Source: Malacoraja senta
Lineage: Eukaryota
Direction: 5' to 3'
Assembly (NCBI GenBank): GCA_038087875.1
Contig: JAXLNO010000235.1
Location: 62,001-126,000 of the forward strand
DNA: 64,000 nucleotides
In this document: positions 23,700 through 36,536 of the stretch, in pieces
Layout of the letters: the number at the start of each line of letters is the position of its first letter
Numbering within the stretch: position 1 is the stretch's first letter
The notes under the pieces: generated by a model
The model's input: only the letters and a program-made list of their open reading frames with translations
Databases searched by the model: none
Told to the model about the DNA's origin: nothing
Position numbers and translations under genes: made by a program

Positions 23700-24510
23700 A
23701 CCCACCAGTGCCCATTTGACTTACTTTGGCTGGGAAAGTACATCGGGGACCTGTAAACCCTCAGCATAGGAGCACCGCAAGGCTGCGTACTCTCTCCTCT
23801 CCTCTACACTCTCTACACCAACGACTTCACCTCTGTCAGTCAAGCTTCTCAAGTTTGCGGACAACACAACCCTGATTGGACTGATCCAGGATGGGGAGGA
23901 ATCGACCTACAGACAGCAAGTGTCACAGCTGGCGTCCTGGTGCCGTAGCAACAACCTGGAGCTCAATTCTCTTAAGACAGTGGAATTGATTGTAGACTTT
24001 AGGAGAGCTCCCCCTCCCCTCACCCCACTCACCATCAACAACACCACAATAACATCTGTGGAATCTTTTAAGTTCCTGGGAACCATCATCTCCAAGGACC
24101 ATAAGTGGGGGGCTACCATGGACTCCACAGTCAAACAGGCACAACAGATGATGTACTTCCTGCGGCAGCTGAGGAAACACAATCTGCCACAGGCAATGAT
24201 GGTCCAATTCTACATGACCATCGTAGAGTCTGTTCTCACCATCCCCATCATGGTCTGGTTTGGCTCACTCACCAAGCACGACACCTGGAGGCTGCAGCGA
24301 ATCGTCCGATCAGCAGAGAAGGTTATTGGCTGCAACCTTCCCTCCATTGATGAACTGTACACTGCAAGGGCCAGGAAGCGAGCGGGTAAGATCATCTCTG
24401 ACCCCTCTCACCCTGGCCACAAACTATTTCAATCACTACCCTCTAGAAGGCGACTCCTGACTGTCACAACAGTTTTTTATTCACCAGTAGTTGCTCTACT
24501 CAACAGCCAA
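23700..24510 (+). mobile_element. Rex1/Babar LINE RT 3' fragment
   Basis: [17 protein letters not shown] and KFADNTTL, plus ORF 23920-24546 (WCRSNNLELNSLKTVELIVDFRR..FKFLGTII). Confidence 0.88.
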
Positions 24511-24658
24511 AATTGTTGTAATTGTTATATGGTTATATGGTTATAACAGCGGCGCCTAGCATTTATATATGCCTGAAGTAATTGAACTCCGCAATTGAAT
24601 CTACAATGTTGGACACGTTCTTCTTCCTAACTTGTCTAATCTGATGTGCAACTATTTG

Positions 24659-24955
24659 GGCGGCACGGTGGCGCAGCGATGGAGTTGCTGCCTTACAGCG
24701 CCAGAGACCCGGGGTCAATCCTGACCGGGGATGCTGCCTGTACTTTCTCCCTGTGACAGCGTGGGTTTTCTCCTGGTGCTCCGGTTTCCTCCCACACGCC
24801 ACAGACCTGCAGGTTTTCAAGGTTAATTGGCTTTGGAAAATTTGTAAATTGTTCCTAGTGCGTAGGGTAGTGCTAGCGTACGGGGTGATCGCTGGTCGGT
24901 GTGGTCTCGTTGGGCCGAAAGGCCAGTTTCCACTCTATATCGCTAAAGTTTAAAT
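24659..24955 (+). mobile_element. tRNA-derived SINE (HE1/V-SINE-like)
   Basis: A-box ggtggcgcagcg, B-box-like ggtcaatcc and core gtgggttttctcc..ccggtttcctcccaca. Related copies at ~6033, 13700(-), 15380(-), 21520(-), 27000(-), 27720 and 34210, and in array copies 2 and 3. Confidence 0.85.
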
Positions 24956-25356
24956 TAGCTTGTCTTAACTCATCTCATTCCCTTCCCCACCAAACCCTTT
25001 GTTAAAGATAAAGATTGATAACCTGAGGTTTAAAACATAGAACAGTACAACACAGGAACCACCCCTTCAGCCCACAATGCCTGTGCTAAACGTGACACCA
25101 CTGCCAACTCTTATCTGTCTGCACATTATCATTATCCCTCCATTCCCTGCCTATCCAAAAACCTGTTAAATGCCACTGTTGTATCTGCCTCCACCACCCC
25201 TGGCAACACACTCAATATGCACTCTAACCTCTTATAAGTTGCTCCACACATCTTTAAACTTTGCCCCACTCTCGTTAAAGCTATGCCCTCTAGTATTCCA
25301 TCTCTGTCCTGGGGAAAAGGGGCGGGCACGGTGGCGCATAGAATAATGGAACAGCA

Positions 25357-25357
<1 letters not shown>

Positions 25358-25424
<67 letters not shown>
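25358..25424. repeat. (TA)n microsatellite at the LINE tail
   Basis: Seen directly. Confidence 0.95.
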
Positions 25425-25429
<5 letters not shown>

Positions 25430-26725
25430 TACAATTTTTGCGTAGTGCAATTTTTCTGGGGGAAGGAGTGTCCGGGATGGGTGACTGGCAATCCCCAAGG
25501 TACAGAGTTAAGTTGTGTAACAGGCGCAGGGAAGAAGCTGTTCCTGAACCTGCTCACCTGGCAACGGAGAGACCTGTAGCCCCTCCCGGAGGGGAGGAGA
25601 ATAAACAGTATGTAGCTGGGGTGAGAGCAGTCCTTGATGATGCTGCGCGCCCTTCGCAGACAATGCTTGCGTTGGACAGACTCAATGGAGGGGAGTGAGG
25701 AACCGGTGATGCGTTGGGCAGTTTTCACCACCCTCTGCAGTGCTTTCCGGTCGGAGACAGTTGCCATACCAACCTGTGATACAGTTGGTAAGGATGCTCT
25801 CGATGGTGCAGCGGTAGATGTTCACCAGAATCTGAGGAGACAGATGGACCTTCTTTTGTCTCCTCAGGAAGAAGAGACGCTGGTGAGCCTTCTTAACCAG
25901 TGTTGATGTATTGTGGGTCCAAGAGAGGTCATCAGAGATGTTGACCCCCAGAAACCTGAAGCTGGAAACACGTTCCACCTCCGTCCCGTTAATGTGGATG
26001 GGGGTGTGCGTGCCGCCCCTAGACCTTCTGTAGTCCACAATGAGCTCCTTGGTCTTCTTGTAGTTACAGGCCAGGTTGTTGTCAGCGCACCATGCTGCTA
26101 GGAGCTGGACCTCCTCCCTATAGGCCGACTCATGGTTGTTGCTGATGAGGCCAATCACTGTTGTATCATCTGCATACTTGATGATGGTGTTAGTACAATG
26201 TACAGGTGTGCAGTCGTAGGTGAAGAGGGAGTAGAGGAGGGGGCTCAGCACACAGCCCTGTGGAACGCCGGTGTTCAGGGTGAGGGTTGAAGGGGTGTGG
26301 TTGTCTGTGGTTAGAAAGTCCAGTATCCAGTTGCAGAGGGAGGGGTCGATGCCCAGGTCGCTGAGTTTGGTCATCAGTTTTGAGGGGATAATGATGTTAA
26401 ATGCTCAGATGAACAGCATTCTCACGTAGGTGTCTCTATTGTCGAGGTGGGAGAGGGCGGAGTGAAGTGCCGTTGAGATGGCATCCTCCGTACTCCTGTT
26501 CTTGCGGTAGGCGACCTGATAGGGATCCAGTGTGGGAGGTAGGCAGCCTTTGAGGTGTGCCAGGACCAGCCTCTCGAAGCACTTAGTGATGATGGGAGTA
26601 AGTGCAACTGGGCAGAAGTCGTTGAGGCTGGCCGCAGTGGAGTGTTTTGACACCGGCACGAGGGAGGTGGTTTTAAGGCACGTGGGGACAACTGCTTGGG
26701 CATGTGACAGGTTGAAGATGTCAGT
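25425..26725 (-). mobile_element. Rex1/Babar LINE RT region
   Basis: ORFs 26405-26659 ([21 protein letters not shown]), 25682-26374 ([24 protein letters not shown]) and 25132-25767. Confidence 0.92.
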
Positions 26726-28137
26726 CTAGAGAGTAGGTTAATTTGGTATAAATGTTAATTGTCCCTAGTGTGTGTGGGGTAGTTTAATGCACGGGTATCG
26801 CTGGTTGACGTGGACGCGGTGGGCTGAAGGGCCTGATTCTGTGCTGTATCTCTAAACTAAACTAAAAAAGTTCTGACTGTCTGGTTAAAGATATGAACAC
26901 ATGGGCTCACTGGTCTGCGGGCTATAGAAAGAATCTTGTACTTTGCTGACTTTCACAAGCAATGTTAAACTGAGACCAACGAAGTAACGGCAATAGTTTG
27001 TTTTAGAGAGATGGCGTGAAAACAGGCCCTTCCGCCCACCGAGCCCACGCCAACCAACGATCACCTGTACACTAGTCCTATATCCTTCACACTAGGGGCA
27101 ATTTACAGACGTCAATTAACCTACACACCGGCACATCTCTAGAATGTGGGAGGAACCAGAGCACCGGAAGGAATCCCACGTGGGTCACACGGAGAACGTA
27201 CAAACTACACGCACACGTAGACAGGATCGAACCCGGGTCTCTGGCACTGTAAGGCAGCAACTCTTAGTCTATCGCTGCGCCACCATGCTGATCAATTCAC
27301 TTGATGCTAAGGAAGTTGTATGTCATCCGTCTGCAAACTTTAAAACCCAATGAGATGTTCCTTCTCCATTTGGTACATCAAGTCCTCTCCGTCATTCAAT
27401 CATATCTGGATTGGCATGGCTTAGAACATCAGAAAAACCCTCTGCCACAGTCACTGATTTCTCAGGGACTACAAAGGGAAAATGTACTCCAGTAATCCCT
27501 CTGTGTGCTTTATATCTGTCTGTTAAGGTGTTCAGATTTGTCAAATATTGAATTGCATTCCAACAATGGAGTCTTTAGGTTTATAGAGTTAAGCGTGAAA
27601 CTGATAAAGCAGAAGTATTTTCGTGCCAGGAACAAACTACACACTCTTTGACTATAGACAACTCTCATTTGGCAAATGGCAAAAATATTCTGCTGTTTTT
27701 AAAGTATTTTTCCCCAACATGGCAGTGTGGCTCAGCGGTAGAGTTGCTGCCTCACTGCGCCGGAGACCCAGGTGCTGGCTGTACAGAGTTAGTATGTTCC
27801 CCTCGTGACCAGCGTGGGTTTTCTACGGATGCTCCGGTTTCCTCCCACACTCCAAAGACGTGCAGGTTTGTAGGTTAATTGGCTTTGGTAAAAAGTCCCC
27901 AGTGTGTAGGATAGTGAGGGTGTAGAGGTGAATACTGGTCGGCGTGGACTCGGTGGGCCAAAGGGCCCGTTGCCACACTGTATCTCGAAATGAAAACACT
28001 TGAGATTTAATATTGTTTGTGCTGGAGTAACTCAGCTGGTTGAGCAGCATCTCTGGAGAACATGAGTGGGTGACGTTTTGGTTCAGGACACGTCTTCAGG
28101 ACCAGAAGTCAACGAGTGCTGGACTCACCATGACGTA

Positions 28138-30560
28138 GAAACATAGAAAATAGGTGCAGGAGTAGGCCATTCGGCCCTTCGAGCCAGCACCGCCTTTCAA
28201 TATGATTTTGGCTGATCATCCAAAATCAATACCCCATTCCTGCTATCTCCACATATCCCTTGATTCTGTTAGCCCAAAGAGCCACATCCAACACTCACTT
28301 GATAACATCCAGTGAATTGGCCTCCACTGCCTTCTGTGGCAGAGAATTCTACAGATTTTCTGCGTGAAAATGTTTTCCCTCTTCTGAGTCCTAAATGGCC
28401 TAACCCGTTATTCTTAAACTGTGACCCCTGGTTCTGGACTCCCCGAACATCGGGAACATTGTTCCTGCATCTAGCCTTAACTCCTTTAAGAATGTTATAT
28501 GTTTTCATAAGATACCCTCTCATCCTTCTCATTTCCAGCGAATTCAAGCCCAGTCTACCCATGCTTTCATCATACGTAAGTCTCGCCACCGCGGATATTG
28601 ACCTGGTGAACTTACGCTGCACTCCCTCAATAGTAAGAATGTCCTTCTGCAAATTAGGAAAGGTACAGGAGTGTGAAAACGCACACCTCCAGATTCAGGG
28701 ACAGTTTCTTCCCAGCTGTTACCAGGCAACTAAATCATCCTACCACAACCAGAGAGCAGTTCTGAACTACTATCTACCTCATTGGTGACCCTCGGACTAT
28801 CCTTGCTGGCTTTACCTTGCACTAAGCGTTATTCCTTTACAATGTATCTATACATTGCAAATGGCTCGTTTGTAATCATGCAATGTCTTTCTGCTAACTC
28901 TTTTTAACATGCCACAAAAAGCATTTTTCCGTACACGTGACAATAAACTCAATTGAACTGAGTTCCTTGTATCTAACACTTGAGTCCAGTTGGTTATAAC
29001 CACTGTTATATGGTGAAGTAGTTTATTCCCTTCTGGGCCGGCCTTCCATTCATAAGATCGCAAGTTTGTAAACCACCATAGATACATAGATACATGGAAA
29101 ATAGGTGCAGGAGTAGGCCATTCGGCCCATCGAGCCTGCACCGCCATACAATATGATCATGGCTGATCATCCAACTCAGTATCCCGTACCTGCCTTCTCT
29201 CCATACCCCCTGATCCCCTTAGCCACAAGGGCCACATCTAACTCCCTCTTAAATATAGCCAATGAACTGGCCTCAACTACCCTCTGTGGCAGAGAGTTCC
29301 AGAGATTCACCACTCTCTGTGTGAAAAAGTTTTTCCTCATCTCGGTCCTAAAGCATTTCCCCCTTATCCTTAAGCTGTGACCCCTTGTCCTGGACTTCCC
29401 CAACATCGGGAACAATCTTCCTGCTTCTAGCCTGTCCAACCCCATAAGAATGTTGTACGTTTCTATAAGATCCCCTCTCAATCTCCTAAATTCTAGCGAG
29501 TATAAGCCGAGTCTATCCAGTCTTTCTTCATATGAAAGTCCTGACATCCCAGGAATCAGTCTGGTGAACCTTCTCTGCACTCCCTCTATGGCTATAATGA
29601 CCTTCCTCAGATTTGGAGACCAAAACTGTACGCAATACTCCAGGTGTGGTCTCACCAAGACCCTGTACAACTGCAGTAGAACCTCCCTGCTCCTATACTC
29701 AAATCCTCTTGCTATGAAGGCCAACGTGACATTCGCTTTCTTCACTGCCTGCTGTACCTGCATGCCTACTTTCAATGACTGGTGTATCATGACACCCAGG
29801 TCTCGCTGCATCTCCCCATTTCCCAATCGGCCACCATTTAGATAATAGTCTGCCTTCCCGTTTATGCCACCAAAGTGGATAACCTCACACTTATCCACAT
29901 TATACTGCATCTGCCAAACATCTGCCCACTCACCCAGCCTATCCAAGTCACCCTGCAGTCTCCTAGCATCCTCCTCACAGCTAACACTGCCCCCCAGCTT
30001 AGTGTCATCCGCAAACTTGGAGATGTTGCTTTCAATTCCCTCGTCCAGATCATTAATATAAATTGTAAATAGCTGGGGTCCCAGCACTGAGCCTTACGGT
30101 ACCCCACTAGTCACTGCCTGCCATTGTGAAAATGACCCGTTTACTCCTACTCTTTGCTTCCTGTTTGCCAGCCAGTTCTCTATCCACATCAATACTGAAC
30201 CCCCAATACCGTGTGATTTAAGTTTGTACCCTAATCTCTTATGTGGTACCTTGTCGAAAGCCTTCTGAAAGTCCAGATACAACACATCCACTGGTTCTCC
30301 CCTATCCACTCTACTAGTTACATCCTCGAAATGTTTTATAAGATTCGTCAGACACGATTTACCTTTCGTAAATCCATGCTGACTTTGTCCAATGATTTCA
30401 CCACTTTCCAAATGTGCTGCTATCCCATCTTTAATAACTGACTCTAGCAGTTTCCCCACTACCGATGTTAGACTAACTGGTCTGTAATTCCCCGTTTTCT
30501 CTCTCCCTCCCTTCTTAAAAAGTGGGGTTACGTTTGCTACCCACCAATCCTCAGGATCTA
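28138..30560 (-). mobile_element. CR1 LINE fragments (28138-28655 and 29085-30560, minus), with a plus-strand CR1 3'UTR between them
   Basis: ORFs 28269-28652, 29176-30087 (KFADDTKL) and 30094-30459 (QHGF..YLDFQKAFDKVPH). Confidence 0.92.
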
Positions 30561-31199
30561 CTCATAATCAGAGGTGACCATCATAATGTGCCTGGCATCA
30601 CAATGAACTGCATCCGTAACCATGAGAGACGGACGGGCTCCATTCCATCAATCAACTTGAAGTGGGTTCACACTTTGCGAGATATTGAACAGATCAGAGC
30701 TTTAAAATTCACTCTACGTATTTAGAAACAAAGGAACCTGTATCAAAAATGCCGGTGGAGAGTGCCAAGCAGGATGATAAAAGGAGATCTAAGGTAGATT
30801 TGAATCCATTAATAGACCAAGATAAAAGGTGGAGTGACTCAGCGAGTCTTATTCTTAAACTGTGACCCCCTGGTTCAGGACCCCCTACATTGGGAACATA
30901 GGGACGTAGGGCTCTACTGCCACCTCTGAGCTTTTCTTTATGGGAGAGAATCCTATCCATCCAGTGACAATCCTGTCTCCAGTCTTCAACACCCCCCCCC
31001 CCCACCCCCCCGCCTCTCCTCCTACCCACCCTTCTACCCTCTCTGGACCTTTTTATATGCACTGTTGGTGCAACAACTGCCTTGGCTTCTCTACTCCACT
31101 GACCCACTCAAACCGGAAGGGTCCTGACCTGAAACGACAAATGTTAGGGAGCATCTCTGGAGAACATCTCTGGAGAAGGATATTGAATTATGTGAGGTA

Positions 31200-32825
31200 A
31201 GGGAAACAAGTAGAAAAGCTATGGAAACTATGAGATTAAAAGAAGAGGAAGTACTGACACTTTAAAAAATATATAAAAGTGGATAAGTCTTGAGGGAAGT
31301 TAGTGTAGAAATAGCAGGGGCTATGACAGAAATATTTCAAATGCCATTAGAAACGGGAATAGTGCCGGAGGATTGGCGTACTGCGCATGTTGTTCCATTG
31401 TATTAAAAGGGTTCTAAGAGTAAACCTAGCAATTATAGACCTGTTAGTTTGACGTCAGTGGTGGGCAAATTAATGGAAAGGATACTTAGAGATAATATAT
31501 ATAAGCATCTGGATCAACAGGATCTGATTAGGAACAGTCAACATGGATTTGTGCCTGGAAGGTCATGTTTGACTAATCTTGAATTTTTTGAAAAGGTTAC
31601 TGGGGAAATTGATGAGGGTAAAGCAATGGATGTTGTCTATATGGACTTCAGTAAGGCCTTTGACAAGGTTCCTCATGGAGGGTTGGTTAAGAAAGTTCAA
31701 TTGTTGGGTATTAATGGTGGAGTAGCAAGATGGATTCAACAGTGGCTGAATGGGAGATGCCAGAGAGTAATGGTGGATGGCTGTTTGTCAGGTTGGAGGC
31801 CGGTGACTAGTGGCGTGCCTCAGGGATCTGTGTTGGGTCCACTGTTGTTTGTCATGTACATTAATGATCTGGATGGTGGTGTGGTAAATTGGATTAGTAA
31901 GTATGCAGATGATACTAAGATAGGTGGTGTTGTGGATAATGAAGTAGATTTTCAAAGTCTACAGAGATATTTAGGCCATTTGGAAGAGTCGGCTGAAAGA
32001 TAGCAGATGGAGTTTAATGCAGATAAGTGTGAGGTGCTACATCTTGGCAGGACAAATCAAAATAGGACGTACATGGTAAATGGTAGCGAATTGAGCAATG
32101 CAGTTGAACAGAGGGATCTAGGAATAACTGTGCATAGATCCCTGAAGGTGGCAACTCATGTAAATAGGGTGGTAAAGAAAGCTTTTGGTGTGCTGGCCTA
32201 CAAAAATCAGAGCATTGAGTATAGAAGCTGGAATGTAATGTTAAAATTGTACAAGGCATTGGTGAGGCCAATTCTGGAGTATGGTGTACAATTTTGGTCG
32301 GCTAATTATAGGGAGGATGTCAACAAAATAGAGGGAGTACAGAGGAGGTTTACTAGAATGTTGCCTGAGTTTCAACAACTAAGTTACAGAGAAAGGTCGA
32401 ACAAGTTAGGTCTTTATTCTTTGGAACACAGAACGTTAAGGGGGACTTGATAGAGGTCTTTAAATGATGAGAGGGATAGACAGAGTTGACGTGGATAAGC
32501 TTTTCCCATTGAGAGTAGGGAAGATTCAAACAAGAGGACATAACTTGAGAATTAAGGAACAGAAGATTAGGGGTAACATGAGGGGGAACTCCTTTACTCA
32601 GAGAGTGGTAGCTGTGCGGAATGAGCTTCCAGTGGAAGTAGTGGAGGCAGGTTCGATTTTATCACTTAAAAATAAATTGGATAGGTATATGGATGGGAAA
32701 GGAATGGAGGGTTATGGTCTGAGTGCTGGTAGATGGGACTAGGGGAAAATAAGTGTTCGGCACGGACTAGAAGGGCCGAGATGGCGTGTTTCCGTGCTGT
32801 AATTGTTATATGGTTATATGGTTAT
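31200..32825 (+). mobile_element. CR1 LINE RT region with (atatggtt)n tail
   Basis: ORFs 31449-32003 (YMDFSKAFDKVPH..KYADDTKI), 32007-32450 and 32464-32742. Confidence 0.92.
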
Positions 32826-33050
32826 AACATGGATAGATGACATTTCACGGAGTGCTGGAGTAACTCAGCGGGTCAGGCAGCATCTGTGGAGAACATGGGT
32901 ACGTGACGTTTCACAGAGTACTGGAGTAACTCAGCGTGTCAGGCAGCATCTGTGAAGAACATGGATAGATGACGTTTCACAGATTGCTGGAGTAACTCAG
33001 CGGGTCAGGCAGCATCTGTGTAGAACATGAATAGGTGACGTTTCACAGGA
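32826..33050. repeat. 66-bp minisatellite derived from the Penelope terminal repeat (~3.5 units)
   Basis: ctggagtaactcagcg recurs at 32855, 32921 and 32987. The same array is at 48410-48634. Confidence 0.88.
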
Positions 33051-33065
33051 CAATGAAGCTAGTTG

Positions 33066-33820
33066 GAGAATGGTGGCCGATTAGGAAAAGGGGAGATGCA
33101 ACGAGACCTGGGTGTCATGGCACACCAGTCATTAAAAGTAGGAATGCAGGTGCAGCAGGCAGTGAAGAAAGCAAATGGTATGTTAGCATTCATAGCAAAA
33201 TGATTTGAGTATAAGAGCTGGGAGGTTCTATTGCAGTTGTACAGGGTCTTGGTGAGACCACACTTGGAGTATTGCATACAGTTCTGGTCTCCTAACCTGA
33301 GGAAAGACATTCTTGCCATAGAGGGTGTACAGAGAAGGTTCAGCAGACTGATTCCTGGGATGGCAGGACTTTCATATGAAGAAAGACTGGATAGACACGG
33401 CTTATACATGCTAGCATTCAGAAGATTAAGGTGGGATCTTATAGAAACTTACAAAATTCTTAAGGGGTTTAACAGGCTAGATGCAGGAAGATTATTCCTG
33501 ATATTGGGGAAGTACAGAACTAGGGGGTCACAGTTTAAGGATATGAGGGAAGTTTTTTAGGACCGAGATGAGAAAATCATTTTTTACACAGAGAGTGGTG
33601 AATCTGTGGAATTCTCTGCCACAGAAGGTAGTTGAGGCCAATTCATTGGCTATATTTAAGAGGGAGTTAGATGTGGCCCTTGTGGCTAAAGGGATCAGGG
33701 GGTATGGAGAGAAGGCAGGGATGGGATACTGAGTTGGATGATCAGCCATGATCATATCGAATAGCGGTGCAGGCTCGAAAGGCCGAATGGCCTACTCCTG
33801 CACCTATTTTCTATGTTTCT
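33066..33820 (+). mobile_element. CR1 LINE 3' fragment
   Basis: ORF 33231-33560 and the CR1 3'UTR. Confidence 0.9.
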
Positions 33821-34209
33821 AACTAGGGTTGGGGATGGGTGGAGAGAGAGGGAAGGCAAGGGTTACTTGAAGTTGGAGAAATCAATATTGATATCGCTGA
33901 GTTGTAATCTGCCTGTCCTGCTGAGTTACTCCAGCATTTTGTGTCTATCTTCAGTGTAAACCTGCATCTGCTGTTCCTGCACATTTTGTCTTGCCCACAT
34001 TGACCAAGATGCCCCATCTACACTAGTTCCTCCTGCCTGCATTTGTTCCATATCTCTCCATACCTATCCTATCCATGTACCTGTCAAGAGTGTTTTATTG
34101 TCATATGTCACAAACTGAACTATTAAATGCTGACTTACGATAGGATAGAACTTTATCTATCCAAGGAGGGAAATTGTTCTGCCAACAGTCATACAATACA
34201 AGATAAAGA

Positions 34210-34565
34210 CGGTCATGGTGGCGCAGCGGTAGTGTTGCTGCCTTACAGCAAATGCACGCCGGAGACCCAGGTTCGATCCCGATTACGGGTGCTGTCTATA
34301 CGGAGTTTGTACGTTCTCCCCGTGACCTGCGTGGGTTTTCTCTGAGATCTTCGGTTTTCTCCCACACACCAAAGACGTACAGGATTGTAGGTTAATTGGC
34401 TTTGGTAACATTGTAAATGTCCCTAGTGTGTGGAGTAGTGCTAGTGTACAGGATGATCGCTGGTTAGTGTTAATGTGCGGGGATCGTTGGTTGCCACGGA
34501 CCCGGTGGGCCGAAGGGCCTGTATCTGCGCTGTATCTCTAAACTAAACTAAACTAAACTAAACAT
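34210..34565 (+). mobile_element. tRNA-derived SINE (HE1-like) with (ctaaa)n tail
   Basis: A and B boxes (ggtggcgcagcgg, ggttcgatccc), the SINE core and a ctaaactaaactaaa tail. Confidence 0.88.
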
Positions 34566-35739
34566 GAAACATGAAATTAAAGTGATGAGTGGAAAGGATT
34601 GCGGATGTGCAAAGATTGGGGAGGGGGAGGGGGTTAGTCAGTCTACCCCATGACAGAAGGGGGTGGAGTTGTACAGTTTGATAGCCATAGGGGAGCAGGA
34701 TCTCCTGTGGCGTTCTGTGCTGCATCTTGGTGGAACCAGTCTGTTGCTGAAGGTGTTCCTCAGTGTGTCATGGAGTGGGTTACGTAGCAGCACAACAGTA
34801 GTGTAACATATTGCACTGTAAAACCCTTATTAAACAGCAAAATAAGTTCCGTGTATATTAGAGAAACACAATTAGTCCAAATAGTCCTGTCCAAATATCT
34901 TCTAAATGCCATTGTACCAGCCTCCACTACCTCCTCTGGCAGCTTGTTCCATATAGCCATCTCCTGGGAGAAGGGAGTGAGTTAATTATGGTAGACAAAA
35001 ATGCTGGAGAAACTCAGCAGGTGAGGCGGCGTCTAGATGCATGCTGCCTCATCCGCTGAGTTTCTCCAGCATTTTTGTCAACCTTCGATTTTTCCAGCAT
35101 GTGCAGTTCTTTCTTAAACAAGTTAATTATGATAGTGCTTTAGGAATGTTGGATTCAGCCGAGTCTTAAACGATGCCTCTGTAGAATAATCTATTCCGTT
35201 TTGAACTAATCATGCTTTTTTTGTTGATGGGGTGAGAAAACGTGAATCTTTGAGGCTGGGCAAATATCCATGGTTCAGGCAAACTTGTTTAAATTGGACA
35301 AATTGCATTTTCACTTCAAATGAAATAAATTGGCTTGTTTAACCGTTGCTTATTGTTCCATGTGAACTCGTTTACAGCATCTGCAGACTCCTTTTAATTT
35401 AAAATTCTTTTAAAATAGGGTTTGACTTAGTCAAAGCTTCACTTGAAGACCCAACTTTTTGCATCTTTGAACCATGAATTGGAGACCCAAATATCTCTGT
35501 CGAATTGGTTATCAAAATTACCATGTGCTCCCCCGGAATGATGCCAGCTCTTGGGAACATTTTCATTATGATTCTTCACATTTCCTTCCAATTCGATTTT
35601 TATAAAAAGTTTCAGCTGGTGAACTTTAAACAGCCCTTTTATTTTAAATATCCTTCGCAGACTTGGTGCGCTGAAGGGCCTGTTTCCACTCTGCATCTCT
35701 AAAACTAAAACTAAACTCATGCGCACGGCTTGTTGTAGC

Positions 35740-36320
35740 AATTACAGAGACATGGCTGCAAGAGGGCTGGTGATGGGAACTGAATATTCAAGGATATATC
35801 TCCTATAGAAGAATAGACAGACAGGTGGGCAGAGCGGCTGGGGTAGCTCTGTTGGTGAGGAATGAAATTCAGTCCCTTGCAAGGGGTGACATTGAAACAG
35901 GAGATGTGGAGTCAGTATGGATAGAACTAAGGAAGTGTAAGGGTAAAAAGAACATATTGGGACTTATCCATTTGGGGATACCAATGGTGTTAGACAAGGG
36001 GGAATTTTGTCCCCAGACCTTTTTAATCTATATATTGATGATCTGTCTAAACAATTGAAGGCCTGTAACACTGGGTGCGTGATTGGTAATATTTTACTGA
36101 ACCATATTATGTATGCAGATGATCTTGTGATCTTTAGTCCATCTAGCGCTGGTCTCCAGCAGCTCCATACTATATGTTCTGTGTATGGTGTGGAACATGA
36201 CATTAAATATAATGCTAGTAAGAATGCTGTTATGATCTGTAGAACCAAAGAGGATAAATGTCTAACATTTCCTGATTTTAAATTATCTGACAATAATCTT
36301 AGTGTCTGTAATAAGGTAAA
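35740..36320 (+). mobile_element. Fused LINE fragments: a CR1 endonuclease piece followed by the RT of a different non-LTR family
   Basis: AITETWLQEG..GVALLVRNEI..VESVWIEL, then GVRQGGILSPDLFNLYIDDL..HIMYADDL. The two are in frame in copy 2 (ORF 56159-56665). Confidence 0.8.
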
Positions 36321-36536
36321 ATATTTACACTGATTTACAGTATGCTTTCGGAGTCGTTCACGATTATGGGCAATTGTGGAAAAATCGAGGCTTCCTGACC
36401 TCATCAGGAACAGTTATTTCACACCAGAAGTTAGTTTCCAACCTTTTACAGGCAATCCAATTGCCCAGTCAGCTTGCAGTTATTAAAGTTCGTGCCCACA
36501 CATCAGGCCAGAGCCCTATAGATATCGGCAATCGCC

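Noticed and set aside
24659..24730. tRNA gene
   Set aside because: The A and B boxes continue into the SINE core and tail, and there are many diverged copies.
28312..30441. Plus-strand ORFs such as 28312-28788, 29450-29845 and their copies
   Set aside because: They are antisense frames of CR1 RT.
32826..33050. CRISPR-like array (also considered 9376-9525 and 23347-23605)
   Set aside because: The units repeat in full with no unique spacers, there are no cas genes, and the context is vertebrate.
35439..35741. 100-aa ORF identical in both units (also 27301-27495 and 40633-40944)
   Set aside because: The identity reflects recent duplication. The ORFs overlap SINE, Penelope or LTR sequence and show no recognisable domain.
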